55,452 nucleotides of DNA, from positions 1-55,452 of IMG/VR virus record IMGVR_UViG_3300036859_000051; one strand, written 5' to 3'. Source of the DNA: a virus. Its lineage: Duplodnaviria; Caudoviricetes. The notes beneath the pieces are model-generated. The model was not told the DNA's origin and searched no databases. It saw nothing but the letters and a program-made list of their open reading frames with translations. Positions 44,398-53,914 of the stretch are shown piece by piece; position 1 is the stretch's first letter, and the number at the start of each line of letters is the position of its first letter. A program made the translations under genes and the position numbers.

Positions 44398-46765
44398 GAT
44401 TAATGTTGCTGCTGCTTGGTGAAGCATACCCTTGCGCCGGGGCATAATCTGCAACCATCATCCTCGCATCAATCGCATAAAGATTTGGTTGTTTCATATC
44501 TTCCTCAAAAAAGTTTTTACCGGCTCGACCGATCAACGTATATCCCATGTTCTTAAGGGCATGACCAATCGCATGTGGCGACACCTTCAACCCTTCTTCA
44601 CGCAACAATTTGCCTACCGCCGCGCTGGAAATCCATCCGCCACGAAAGCCCGCGCGACCCTCGCTTACCGCTTCCGCAACCATCTGTTCGACCCTACCAC
44701 GCGACTGTATGATCGCCGCTTGTGTGCTGGACGTGATCGGCGCGCGGTGTGCGGCGCCCTTCGGATCGAACTCCGCATCAATCGGTGAGTGTTGCAAATA
44801 GTACGTCACGTACGCCGCGCCTTTGTCGCGCAACCAATCGTAAAGACGCGGAAAATAATCGCCGACCATCCCGAGCCGTTGCATATCTCCCAACGATTGC
44901 ACAGCCGAATAAAAGATCGCGTATCGTCTATCATTGACGCTGATCGGGATCGCGTCTTGATAGTTGGTGAACATCAACCAATTCGCAACGTTATCCTCTG
45001 TCTCTTGGTCGACACCCTTACCTTGTATCTCGATGCGTTCTTCGGTGATCATCGGCTTCAACACTTCAACCATGTCGCGCTTTTCGTCGACTTTGATTTC
45101 GTCGGCAATGATCAAAAGTTTCGAGCGCATCCAAGCGTTGAATTTACCGCCGCCTTCCGTCAATTCCTTCGCATTCGGCGCGTGAACGTATATCGAGCCG
45201 AGCGCATAGGTCATGACATATTTGAATATCCCTTTGCCCGCGCCTTCGCTCGATTGGATCAGCGGCGCCCAAAACGCTTTCACGCCCGGCCGCTGAACAC
45301 AGTGCCTCAGAAAGTTGAGCAAGATGGCGCGATCCCGCATATCGGGCAGCAATCGGCCTAGATGATCCAAAAACGGCGACACGTCGCCCGGCTCGCTGAT
45401 CACCACGGCGGGCTTATACGTATTGACCGCGCGACGCCCAAGTTCATCAACGATGATTTCACCCGGCGCTTTATACGGTAGGAACCTGATCCCGTCGACT
45501 TTGGGTATCTGAAACACTTGACCGCGTGTCGCAGCTTTCCAAGGTTCATCGGTCGTCTTTTCATTCGAAGCATCCATTACGAACACTTTGCCGCCGTACT
45601 TCGCGTTGAACTTGGTGCTGTCCATGAACCGGCCGCTTGGTGTCAGGATACGCCCCATATTCTCAATCAACACGCAACCGGCGAAGTATTCAGCCTGTTC
45701 GCTTGGTGTCAGAAACACCGGACGATGATTGAGCCCCGATGTTGCTACCGGGACGGGCGTCCCAACAGGATCAACACCGCTATTGCTAACATCACCGTTG
45801 ACAGCGTGTTGAACACTTCCATTACTATCAGGAACTCCAACGGTTGAACCATTGCCAAACATCCTTTCGAGCTTCGCGCCACTATATGTTTCGAGATATG
45901 ACCATCCGGTTTTCGTGTCGCGGATCGAACGCCAAAGCTTATCGTTCTCCGCAACATCGTTGCCCGGATATCGAGCGCACCATTCATCCCATTTGGTTCG
46001 CGCTTCAACTTCACCGAACGGGAACGACGCCGTCTTATATGCGGCGGTGAGCTTCAACCATTCGTCACGTCCAAGCGTACCCGGATCGATTTTATTGAGC
46101 GCGTAGATCGCCCATTCAAACGTTGGTGCCGCTGATGCTCCAAGCTCTTTGCGTTCAACACCACCGCTGCCCGTCGACGCTTGGACCGACGACAACTCCC
46201 ATTCGAGCGCGCCGACATTATACGTCACGCCCGATCCCGCGATCATGCCGACCATCGTCGGTGCGGTTGGGTTCTTCATATGCACTGTGCCGGGCAATCG
46301 CATCACGCGCGGCGGATCAATGACCTTTGGATCGCTGCCCCACAACGTCACAAGCTTTCGTTGGATCGTTTCGAACCGCGTGTTGTCCGCATACGGCTCA
46401 ACGCGCCAATACTCGTGATGTTTGCCCGGCGATGTTACGACGGTAAATGTCGGCGGCAATGACCAACCACGCATCGCATGATAAACATGCCAATCGGTGT
46501 CGCCATCGCTATCGGTGAAGTGCGCGCGGATCGATACGACGTTGGCCGCGTCGCGACCGTGCCCGTCAAGTTCGTTGATGACTAGGAATATCCCGTACCC
46601 TTGACCGTTATATAAGTCGAGCGAGGGAGCGACTTGCTCTAGCGTACCTCGCAACGGGATGCCCGGTCGACCTTTATCAACATCATGGATCGCGCGGAAA
46701 TCCCATACACCCGATGGATCGCCCAACGCGGCAAGGAACGCTTGGATCGCAACAGTATCTATCAC
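44393..46765 (-). CDS. Primase-helicase (RepB-like primase, PriCT-2, SF3-type helicase)
   Basis: F.DSD, TSPGKHH.YW, D..RVMRLPG..H.K; W..W; EGAGKG, ADE, TNY, DRRY; GTG start overlaps the upstream stop. Confidence 0.88.
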   Translation of the reverse strand: MIDTVAIQAFLAALGDPSGVWDFRAIHDVDKGRPGIPLRGTLEQVAPSLDLYNGQGYGIFLVINELDGHGRDAANVVSIRAHFTDSDGDTDWHVYHAMRGWSLPPTFTVVTSPGKHHEYWRVEPYADNTRFETIQRKLVTLWGSDPKVIDPPRVMRLPGTVHMKNPTAPTMVGMIAGSGVTYNVGALEWELSSVQASTGSGGVERKELGASAAPTFEWAIYALNKIDPGTLGRDEWLKLTAAYKTASFPFGEVEARTKWDEWCARYPGNDVAENDKLWRSIRDTKTGWSYLETYSGAKLERMFGNGSTVGVPDSNGSVQHAVNGDVSNSGVDPVGTPVPVATSGLNHRPVFLTPSEQAEYFAGCVLIENMGRILTPSGRFMDSTKFNAKYGGKVFVMDASNEKTTDEPWKAATRGQVFQIPKVDGIRFLPYKAPGEIIVDELGRRAVNTYKPAVVISEPGDVSPFLDHLGRLLPDMRDRAILLNFLRHCVQRPGVKAFWAPLIQSSEGAGKGIFKYVMTYALGSIYVHAPNAKELTEGGGKFNAWMRSKLLIIADEIKVDEKRDMVEVLKPMITEERIEIQGKGVDQETEDNVANWLMFTNYQDAIPISVNDRRYAIFYSAVQSLGDMQRLGMVGDYFPRLYDWLRDKGAAYVTYYLQHSPIDAEFDPKGAAHRAPITSSTQAAIIQSRGRVEQMVAEAVSEGRAGFRGGWISSAAVGKLLREEGLKVSPHAIGHALKNMGYTLIGRAGKNFFEEDMKQPNLYAIDARMMVADYAPAQGYASPSSSNINR

Positions 46766-46968
46766 CGGATGGCGTCCACGATGATAGCGCGTGCCTCTTG
46801 CAACGCGTCCCATTGGTCGACAATATCAGTGGCCCAACGCCGTCCGCGCCTGCCCGGTATAAGTCGACCTTTTGGAAACTCTAGGTCACGTATCCAACGA
46901 TGGATCGTCCATCGCTCGACATTGAACCGTGCGCATAAGTCGCGCATGGTCAATTCGTTGTCAGACAT
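46762..46968 (-). CDS. AlpA/excisionase-like HTH protein
   Basis: LT..DLC.RF.V.R.TI.RW.....FP........RW....V..W. Confidence 0.85.
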   Translation of the reverse strand: MSDNELTMRDLCARFNVERWTIHRWIRDLEFPKGRLIPGRRGRRWATDIVDQWDALQEARAIIVDAIR

Positions 46969-47021
46969 GCGGAAAACCCCGATACTAGCACAAGCGCTAT
47001 CTGCTTCGACCTGACGCCGTC

Positions 47022-47050
47022 AACACACATTCACACACTTTCACACACTT
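47022..47050. repeat. 10-bp-period direct repeats in the divergent intergenic region
   Basis: AACACACAT TCACACACTT TCACACACTT. Confidence 0.7.
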
Positions 47051-47109
47051 AGTTATTGCGACGCAGCGCACCGTCTGTTATTCATCGCGAAACAAGGGGA
47101 ACTCCGCAC

Positions 47110-47334
47110 ATGACATGGACCGTTATTCTCGCCGGAGCATTGTTCGGCATCATATTGCTATTGATCGGCCGCGTGATCCACAACAACGGCAAAGCCGAAG
47201 GACGCCGCGAAGCCGAACAAGAAATGTATTCAAAAATCTCAGCGGCCGAAGCGAAAGCATGGAAACACGGTCACGACGCGGGCATTTGGTCCGTCAAGCG
47301 TCTCGTCGCTGAGTTGGAGCCCAAACCAAGATGA
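47110..47334 (+). CDS. Small N-anchored membrane protein
   Basis: SD AGGGG; N-terminal TM. Confidence 0.7.
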   Translation: MTWTVILAGALFGIILLLIGRVIHNNGKAEGRREAEQEMYSKISAAEAKAWKHGHDAGIWSVKRLVAELEPKPR

Positions 47335-47471
47335 CCGCCATATCCGAACTTGATAAACTCTTGCGTGACATGGAAACCATCGCGACAAATCAAACTCTGC
47401 CGTCACGGAAAAAATTACGCGAATGGATCAAAATTCTTCGTGTGACAATTACCAAAATTCGACCAATATGA
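47331..47471 (+). CDS. 46-aa hypothetical protein (below the ORF-track cutoff)
   Basis: SD GGAG; ATGA overlaps at both ends; MTAISELDK...KIRPI. Confidence 0.6.
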   Translation: MTAISELDKLLRDMETIATNQTLPSRKKLREWIKILRVTITKIRPI

Positions 47472-47698
47472 CGTACGATGAAGCGCTTGAAATCGCCAAG
47501 CAAGGCAAACCTGTCAAACGTCGACTTTGGCGAACCTTCGTTCTCAACACGCGCCCAAGCCGGATAATGAAAGGTAAAGAGCGTGTCGAGCATCCGACCA
47601 AACGCGACTTGGTAATCACCACATTGGACGACGTGCGAGGCGAGCGCTATCGACCAACGACATTCGACAAAAAAGCGATGGATTGGGAAAATGCCTGA
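47468..47698 (+). CDS. Hypothetical protein (DUF2829-like)
   Basis: MT..EAL...KQG..V.R..W ... P...D..A.DW. Confidence 0.65.
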   Translation: MTYDEALEIAKQGKPVKRRLWRTFVLNTRPSRIMKGKERVEHPTKRDLVITTLDDVRGERYRPTTFDKKAMDWENA

Positions 47699-47948
47699 CG
47701 GATACGGACGCGGCACTCGCGAGCAATTTGCCGCACCCTTGAGTGATCAAAAATTGGCCGATTTGATCGCTTCCCATCAACGCAATTCGGCCATTGATTA
47801 CGCCAATGCGCGTGACCTTCGTGACGATCCGTTCGGCAAACCCTTCGGAAGTTACGAATACCGCGTCGGCTTCTGGTTTAAGCTTGGCGCCGATGAAGCC
47901 GCCGAAGCTCGGGCATTGCTCGACATACTGTTGGCACGTAAGTCATGA
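47691..47948 (+). CDS. Hypothetical protein
   Basis: Overlap-coupled ORF. Confidence 0.65.
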   Translation: MPDGYGRGTREQFAAPLSDQKLADLIASHQRNSAIDYANARDLRDDPFGKPFGSYEYRVGFWFKLGADEAAEARALLDILLARKS

Positions 47949-48352
47949 CCGCGATCCGTATCATCGGCTGCGGTAGCCACGTCGCGTTCAAGGTTGATCC
48001 CCATCGCGTCAAGGAATATTTAGACGTTAATCTCGTTACGATACTCACGTCTCATTTCGGACGGATACCCGCTTGGCATATCGACGTGATCGCAGAAGGT
48101 GGAGCGGACGGCGGGGATCGCGGGTTCAAACTGTTCGCCGAAGCGAATGGCATCAATCATATCCAGATGCGAGCGGAATGGGCACGCTATGGATGGAGCG
48201 CCGGACCAAAACGCAATCGAGAAATGTTTAATACGATTATTCCGCATATCGTCATAGCGTTTCCGGGCGGACCCGGAACACACAACATGTGTGACTATGC
48301 TGAACGGCAAGGTTGCTTGGTTCACCGCATCACAGGGGATTTTAAACCATGA
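47945..48352 (+). CDS. SLOG family (DUF2493/YspA-like) protein
   Basis: EGGA.G.D, A.W..YG.SAGP.RN.EM, VIAFPGG.GT.NM. Confidence 0.85.
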   Translation: MTAIRIIGCGSHVAFKVDPHRVKEYLDVNLVTILTSHFGRIPAWHIDVIAEGGADGGDRGFKLFAEANGINHIQMRAEWARYGWSAGPKRNREMFNTIIPHIVIAFPGGPGTHNMCDYAERQGCLVHRITGDFKP

Positions 48353-48762
48353 CCTATTATATCAACCTCCGCACCGACCAAGGCGTCCCGGTCGACTTCC
48401 TCACAGTTGACGAACAAGCTTTCGCAATCCTCGCCACGGCGCAAACCATCGTCCGTTATGAAGATGAAACTTATCGCCACGTCGGCGCCGGATCGGATGG
48501 CGAGGGAAATCAATGGCTCGAATTCCATCGCTCATCACTCGTGAGTTTAATCAAGCTATCCCGCAATAGCGAACCGATATTTTATTTGAAAGAACGTAAA
48601 CCGGTCGCATGGTTATACGAACAAGCACAAGCGCGCGAATATGCCGATGGTTTCGACAAACCGCCGACCGGTTGGTCCCATTGGTCGACGCGTCTCCTAT
48701 CTTTCACCAAACCAAACGTTCCCGACGGATCGATCCGAAATCTGACGCCGTTGTATGAATGA
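48349..48762 (+). CDS. Hypothetical protein
   Basis: SD AGGGG; PVAW...PLY motif. Confidence 0.7.
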   Translation: MTYYINLRTDQGVPVDFLTVDEQAFAILATAQTIVRYEDETYRHVGAGSDGEGNQWLEFHRSSLVSLIKLSRNSEPIFYLKERKPVAWLYEQAQAREYADGFDKPPTGWSHWSTRLLSFTKPNVPDGSIRNLTPLYE

Positions 48763-48951
48763 GCCCAAGCGTCCGCAACAAACGACGTGATCCACCGTGA
48801 TGGCGACCGCGTTGACGTAATCCGTCGTTTTGAACGTGAGAATTTTACCCGATCTTGACGTTTCATCACTACGCGGAAAAAACTTAGTATGCTTCTGCGC
48901 ACCACTTCCTTGTCATGGCGATGCCATTTTGAAAAAGGCAAACCAACGTAC

Positions 48952-48981
48952 TTGACAACGCCGAACGTATCGGGATAGCGT
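48952..48981 (+). promoter_or_regulatory. Putative sigma70 promoter
   Basis: CTTGACA..TAGCGT upstream of SD AAGGGA. Confidence 0.5.
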
Positions 48982-49005
48982 CACGCTGTCATGAATTGAA
49001 AGGGA

Positions 49006-49281
49006 ATGACAATGAGACCTAAGACCGCGAAAGCAGAATTCGAGCGCGTCAATGAACTTGCGCTTGATCTTGCAACCGATCTTCATCGCATTGATGAAAA
49101 CGTTCGCAATCATTTGGGTTGGTCCGACGACGTAACCACACCGCTTGCTTATGCTCGCCAATTTGCGGCATTAGCGGCTTACGCCGCGTCGCTGTCGCAA
49201 GCCATGTTGATCAAACTTGCGATGGATGAAGATCGCGAAGCACTCAGAAAGACGTTGACCAATGCAAACCCTGAAACTTGA
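49006..49281 (+). CDS. Hypothetical protein
   Basis: SD AAGGGA. Confidence 0.7.
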   Translation: MTMRPKTAKAEFERVNELALDLATDLHRIDENVRNHLGWSDDVTTPLAYARQFAALAAYAASLSQAMLIKLAMDEDREALRKTLTNANPET

Positions 49282-49501
49282 AAATCCCGAAAGCGGCCTC
49301 GTCAGTCAATCCATCGGAATTTCCGAAGCGGTTTACGCTCAATTATCCGGCGAATGCCCGATCTTGATGAAAGATGGCACTTACTACACATACCACGATG
49401 CCGACGACGACAGCATCACCTACATCGCAACTCGGGTATTCATCGCATCCGGCGATGGCTCGATTTCGGAACTCGGTTGGTCGTCCAACATTATTAAGTG
49501 A
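49262..49501 (+). CDS. Hypothetical protein
   Basis: Overlap-coupled ORF. Confidence 0.65.
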   Translation: MQTLKLENPESGLVSQSIGISEAVYAQLSGECPILMKDGTYYTYHDADDDSITYIATRVFIASGDGSISELGWSSNIIK

Positions 49502-49506
49502 GAGAC

Positions 49507-50181
49507 ATGATTAAGCTTCCGCCGTCCAACCTACCGTGGCAAGCCGTCGCAAAAGACGGATACGCCAAACTCGATTTGTCTTTGGTGGCCGGATCACATT
49601 CTTTCGCGATCCGACGCAACGGACCAAGCAGCGATCCGCCCGGCGCATTCGTTGTGTGGCATAACGAGAACCGCATTTCGGATCGTCACCACATGCAACG
49701 GCCGGAAGCCATCGCCGAAGCCGAACGGTATTTTTACAGCTTGGCGGAGTTTGCCGGTGCGACCGCTGCCAAGTTTATATCCGTCGCCATCGAGCGCGGA
49801 CGCCAAGCACACCGCGACGGTATGAGCATCTATGCCAACCCCTTCGGTGCGGAAGCGCCTGTAGAACGCGCGCAATGGATCGAAGGATGGTTGCAGGCGT
49901 TCGGCGGCATGGTGAGCGCGAAGGTTATCAACGCGCTCACCGCGACCACGCAAGCCAATGCGCAATTGGAAGCCGATAACACCTATCTCGTCGCAATGGC
50001 CCGTACTCTGAAAGTCGGGATCAAATACGCGACTGAGGAACTTCCCAAAAAAGACGGGATCAAGTTTCTCAGCGAATGGATCGTATCGGACGATCTAGAC
50101 GCATTCACCGCGCGTTGGCCGGGTTGGGTTCCCTATCGCAACGCAAATGCCGTGCCGCCCGCTCCGAAGTTGGATAGCTGA
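49507..50181 (+). CDS. Protein with an internal RMF-like motif
   Basis: A.ERG.QA...G.S...NPF......R.QW..GW..A. Confidence 0.65.
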   Translation: MIKLPPSNLPWQAVAKDGYAKLDLSLVAGSHSFAIRRNGPSSDPPGAFVVWHNENRISDRHHMQRPEAIAEAERYFYSLAEFAGATAAKFISVAIERGRQAHRDGMSIYANPFGAEAPVERAQWIEGWLQAFGGMVSAKVINALTATTQANAQLEADNTYLVAMARTLKVGIKYATEELPKKDGIKFLSEWIVSDDLDAFTARWPGWVPYRNANAVPPAPKLDS

Positions 50182-50183
50182 TT

Positions 50184-50672
50184 ATGACCGACGATTTCAG
50201 CGGGTTCAAAGCAACCGAATGGGCAACTGTCGAAGGGCATTTAACAAAAATGCTCTTGTCGGATGGATCAATGCTGTGGATCGTGCCCAACGATCCCGAA
50301 TACCCATCCGGCTTTCAGGTTCTTCAACACGCCATGATCGGAGGCTCGCACGTTGTTCCCCTAACCGACATGCTGCCCTATCGTGCCGGGGCGCTGGAAT
50401 GGGCGCGGCGATGGCTCGCGGATCGCGGCTTGACGACGGTCCCGACGCAGGAACAGCGCGAGCGCTACGCAGCTTTAGGGATCGATGTTGACAAACCCGC
50501 TAGTTCCAGCGGCGAACGGAAAACCGATTGGGTCACACCCGCGTCATGGTATGAACCACGCAACAAGCGATCCGCTAAATCCGAACCGGTCGCGGCAACA
50601 CCGCCCGACTTCGATCCCGTCGCGTTCGCCGAGAAACTTACGGAGCAATTGAAAGGTGACGGCAATGAATAA
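50184..50672 (+). CDS. Hypothetical protein
   Basis: 162-aa ORF, tight packing. Confidence 0.7.
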   Translation: MTDDFSGFKATEWATVEGHLTKMLLSDGSMLWIVPNDPEYPSGFQVLQHAMIGGSHVVPLTDMLPYRAGALEWARRWLADRGLTTVPTQEQRERYAALGIDVDKPASSSGERKTDWVTPASWYEPRNKRSAKSEPVAATPPDFDPVAFAEKLTEQLKGDGNE

Positions 50673-50856
50673 GTGGCGCATTCGACCGCATCGGTTACCA
50701 AATTCCCCAAAGCGAGGATTTGAATTAATCGATCCGTCAAAACGGGTTTATTCTTACTTCGTTCCGTCAATACCGCTCGCGATGTATCTAATCGAACGGT
50801 CAATTGAAGCGAAACGATATGCTTTATATACCCTCGCACACGCCCGAGCGATCTAA
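50665..50856 (+). CDS. Hypothetical protein
   Basis: SD AAGGTG. Confidence 0.6.
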   Translation: MNKWRIRPHRLPNSPKRGFELIDPSKRVYSYFVPSIPLAMYLIERSIEAKRYALYTLAHARAI

Positions 50857-51147
50857 ATGGCACTCCCGACAACACCCGCCATGTGGGAGCTATTACGCCA
50901 ATCGGTGCAACGCAGCTTACGCGATGATCCGCTGCAATTAAGTATCGAGATATTCGACAAGACATTACTTCGCTACAGTCGGAACAATTTCGCATGGTTC
51001 GCGCCGTGGCGTGACAAATTCCGGCGACCTGACATGTCACAGATGCTTGACGATATCGAGCGCGCAACCGAAACTCTTGACCCAAAGCCAATACGCGTGA
51101 TAATTATTGATCGTCATCGCTACACTACCGATTTGAACATGTCATGA
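50857..51147 (+). CDS. Hypothetical protein
   Basis: Abuts the upstream stop. Confidence 0.65.
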   Translation: MALPTTPAMWELLRQSVQRSLRDDPLQLSIEIFDKTLLRYSRNNFAWFAPWRDKFRRPDMSQMLDDIERATETLDPKPIRVIIIDRHRYTTDLNMS

Positions 51148-51371
51148 GCCTACCGACTTGTCCGAAATGCGGTTCAGCAAACATCGGTTGGGGCTTCCCC
51201 ATCCCGAATGGTCATGATCGATGCAATAATTGTGGGCACGTCGCGGTTGTAGCAGACTTCCACAAACCAGCAAATCGCCCGCTCATAGTTCCGGCAAGAC
51301 GGAAAATACCCGTCATGACCGCCGATCCTCCGCCGATCCCTCAATCCCGCATGTGGTGGCTAAATGATTGA
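51144..51371 (+). CDS. Zinc-ribbon protein
   Basis: CPKCGS...CNNCG. Confidence 0.7.
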   Translation: MSLPTCPKCGSANIGWGFPIPNGHDRCNNCGHVAVVADFHKPANRPLIVPARRKIPVMTADPPPIPQSRMWWLND

Positions 51372-51677
51372 TCACGCTCTATCAAGATCGGCGAGAGACA
51401 AATAACGCGTCCGGTCCTCTCGCGACAAATGCGCGACTGCGTCATGTTGATCTAAAATCAATCGGGCGATAACCATCACGTCGTCACGTTCGATGGCGGC
51501 GGATATCACGGCTTGCCGCAATGAGTTGGGCGCCTCGAAATAGTAGCGAACGCCTGTGTGCGCGCGGTTCAGGGCGTTGGCAACCCGTCGACCGGTGACG
51601 GCGTCAAGCCCATGCGCTCCCGCCATCTTGAGCCCCGCTGTGATGATCTGTTCACGGCTTAAATCGCCCCGCTTCAT
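51372..51677 (-). CDS. TetR-like HTH protein
   Basis: REQII.AG..M....GL.AVT.R.VA..L......V.YYF. Confidence 0.8.
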   Translation of the reverse strand: MKRGDLSREQIITAGLKMAGAHGLDAVTGRRVANALNRAHTGVRYYFEAPNSLRQAVISAAIERDDVMVIARLILDQHDAVAHLSREDRTRYLSLADLDRA

Positions 51678-52066
51678 TTCTCGCCTCGCAAGATACGGTC
51701 GATATCATCCGGACCCGTCGCAAATCCGGCTAGACCGCCGTATTGCCTGACAATGTTGTGCCATGCAAGTTGCGCGTGCGCCCGATGATCGCCCGGCGTC
51801 ATGTGCCAGTCGCTAGCCTTGCTTTCGACGGCTAGGAATTGACCGATCACCGTTCCGATCATGTCGGGCGTAATGAATACCGGGTTAATCCCGATCAAAT
51901 CGGACGACTTGAAATTACGGTTCAATTCTTCACTGTCGTTACCAAGCCCGAACCGGATCAATCGACCGTTTTCATCGTAGCAAGCACCATTATTGTTCCG
52001 CCAGTTGACCCGTCCAAGCTCCGAGAGACGAAGCCGCAACCGTTGTTGAACCGGTGTCTCTTTCAT
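51674..52066 (-). CDS. VRR-NUC-like nuclease
   Basis: E..VQ, WRNN.GA, SSDLIG, F.AVE.K, Q..W...V...GG.AGF. Confidence 0.85.
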   Translation of the reverse strand: MKETPVQQRLRLRLSELGRVNWRNNNGACYDENGRLIRFGLGNDSEELNRNFKSSDLIGINPVFITPDMIGTVIGQFLAVESKASDWHMTPGDHRAHAQLAWHNIVRQYGGLAGFATGPDDIDRILRGEK

Positions 52067-52254
52067 TTGCGTCTAGCCATTCTCGGAAGCACCACGCGTT
52101 TCAGATATTCGTTTTCAAAATGCTTACCTAACTCGGCTTCAATCGACAACGGTCCGTCGCATATCATCACGTACCACTTTCGACCACGCTTCTTAAGTAT
52201 TGCCGGAATGTGACTGACACGATTTTGATATGCTTCCGGTTCTTTAGTTTTCAC
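52063..52254 (-). CDS. Hypothetical protein
   Basis: Overlaps both neighbours. Confidence 0.6.
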   Translation of the reverse strand: MKTKEPEAYQNRVSHIPAILKKRGRKWYVMICDGPLSIEAELGKHFENEYLKRVVLPRMARRK

Positions 52255-53914
52255 GTTGCGCGATCCAATTCATAATCTGCGCTCGCAACGTATCCATATC
52301 GAGCTTTGGCAATCCAAGCGCGGACGCCACGTCGACACCGCCCGTCGCATGATAGAAGCGTCGATATAACTCACTGTCGGTTTGACCAACCGCGCGACCA
52401 TGACCAGCCCATAAAGCGATAGCGTTGGCAAGAGATTGACGCGCCGCGATCCGCTCATGTGCCTTGCCCGCTTGGAACTTGCCGAGCCCATCCGAATTTG
52501 TCGCGGCTGCCACCTTGGCCCATATTTCTTCCGGTGTCTCGATGATCGATGCGCTACGAAGCTTGGCAAGCGTTTCAGCATCAAGCAACGTCAGATCGCC
52601 GTCAACCAACTTAATATCGCGACCGCCGCCCATAGGAACCGGCATATACCCACAGTATGGGCATTTGTGCTTTGTTGCTTCGTATTGCTTGACGCACTTG
52701 ACGCACGTTTTTAGCGGCATGTCGTCCGGATCAAACTCACGTTTCGCCCGACGCTCACGATTGGCAAGTGACCAAACACGTGGTTTATCCGGATAGCCGA
52801 ACCGATGCGAATTGCCGACGTGATCGATTACCAATCCCGCGCGTTTACCCGGCATTGGTCGCAACACGCGTCCGAACTGTTGCAGGTAAACGCCTAATGA
52901 CGCGGTTGGTCGCGCCATGCTAACCACATATAGACCGGGTAAATCGAACCCCTCACCGAACAAATCGACGTTCACGAGTTGCCAGAGTTGCCCGGCTCTA
53001 AAACGACGGACGTATTCGGATCGCAGGGCATCCGGTGTCTTGCCGGTGACGACAACAGCGGGAATGCCGTACTGTTGAAATTTGATGGCAATTTCGGTTG
53101 CCGTGTCAACGTCGGTCGCGAAGGTAATTCCTGACTTGCCATATGCGAACCGAATGTAATGCTCGACAACGTCACCGACGATATGAGAGTTTTGCGACGC
53201 CTCGCGCAATTGCTTTGGTGAGAAATCGCCACTGTCGGTGATCTTCAACGCTGCAACATCAAGATCACTTTCGGGTTGCGCTATCTCATATTCGGATAGT
53301 GCCCCCATGTTGATCAAATCACGCGTTGACGGGCCAATGACCATCTTTCCGAACACGCCCGATCCGCCGTTCGCTTTGTCACCGATCCCGTTGCCGTCCG
53401 CTCGATTAGGTGTCGCGGTCACACCGAGGCCGAACGCGTTGGGGAACATCGAAACGACGTAACCCCATTTGTTATTTGTCAAGACGTGGTGCGCTTCATC
53501 TATCGTCCATCGCTTGACTTGCTTTGCCCAATCGGCTAACGCGTCATGCCGGGATTTGAGCGTATCCACGCCCGCGACGGCGGTCGACGCCGTAGGATCA
53601 ACGAAAGAGCGCCCGAACTCGCGACGATGCTCCGCAGCGATGAAACCGATCACGTCTTTTGGTGCTATGATGCGATGGAACACGCCGAACCGCGCGACGT
53701 GTAATGACATTTGCGATACCAACTCTTGCCGGTGAGCTATGACGACGTTTTGTCCCGGTGTGGTCGCATCGTCCGCCGCATGTTGACCGACAATGACACT
53801 CTTGCCGCCACCTGTAGGAACCACGTCGACCACATGTCGAATACCCGATTGCCAAGCAGCATAATTCGCCGCGTGAACTTCGCGTTGATAGGGGCGAAGC
53901 TCCGGACGCGTCAT
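52244..53914 (-). CDS. SF2 DEAH helicase with C-terminal zinc finger
   Basis: LRPYQ, PTGGGKS, DEAHH, TATP, EGFD.P, QQFGRVLR, CVKC..CPYC. Confidence 0.92.
   Translation of the reverse strand: MTRPELRPYQREVHAANYAAWQSGIRHVVDVVPTGGGKSVIVGQHAADDATTPGQNVVIAHRQELVSQMSLHVARFGVFHRIIAPKDVIGFIAAEHRREFGRSFVDPTASTAVAGVDTLKSRHDALADWAKQVKRWTIDEAHHVLTNNKWGYVVSMFPNAFGLGVTATPNRADGNGIGDKANGGSGVFGKMVIGPSTRDLINMGALSEYEIAQPESDLDVAALKITDSGDFSPKQLREASQNSHIVGDVVEHYIRFAYGKSGITFATDVDTATEIAIKFQQYGIPAVVVTGKTPDALRSEYVRRFRAGQLWQLVNVDLFGEGFDLPGLYVVSMARPTASLGVYLQQFGRVLRPMPGKRAGLVIDHVGNSHRFGYPDKPRVWSLANRERRAKREFDPDDMPLKTCVKCVKQYEATKHKCPYCGYMPVPMGGGRDIKLVDGDLTLLDAETLAKLRSASIIETPEEIWAKVAAATNSDGLGKFQAGKAHERIAARQSLANAIALWAGHGRAVGQTDSELYRRFYHATGGVDVASALGLPKLDMDTLRAQIMNWIAQREN

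Noticed and set aside
46762-46968. Excisionase implying lysogeny
   Set aside because: No tyrosine or serine integrase, CI-like repressor or partition genes recognised
48763-48950. Chain of very short ORFs in an intergenic gap
   Set aside because: No RBS or coding signal; cannot be supported
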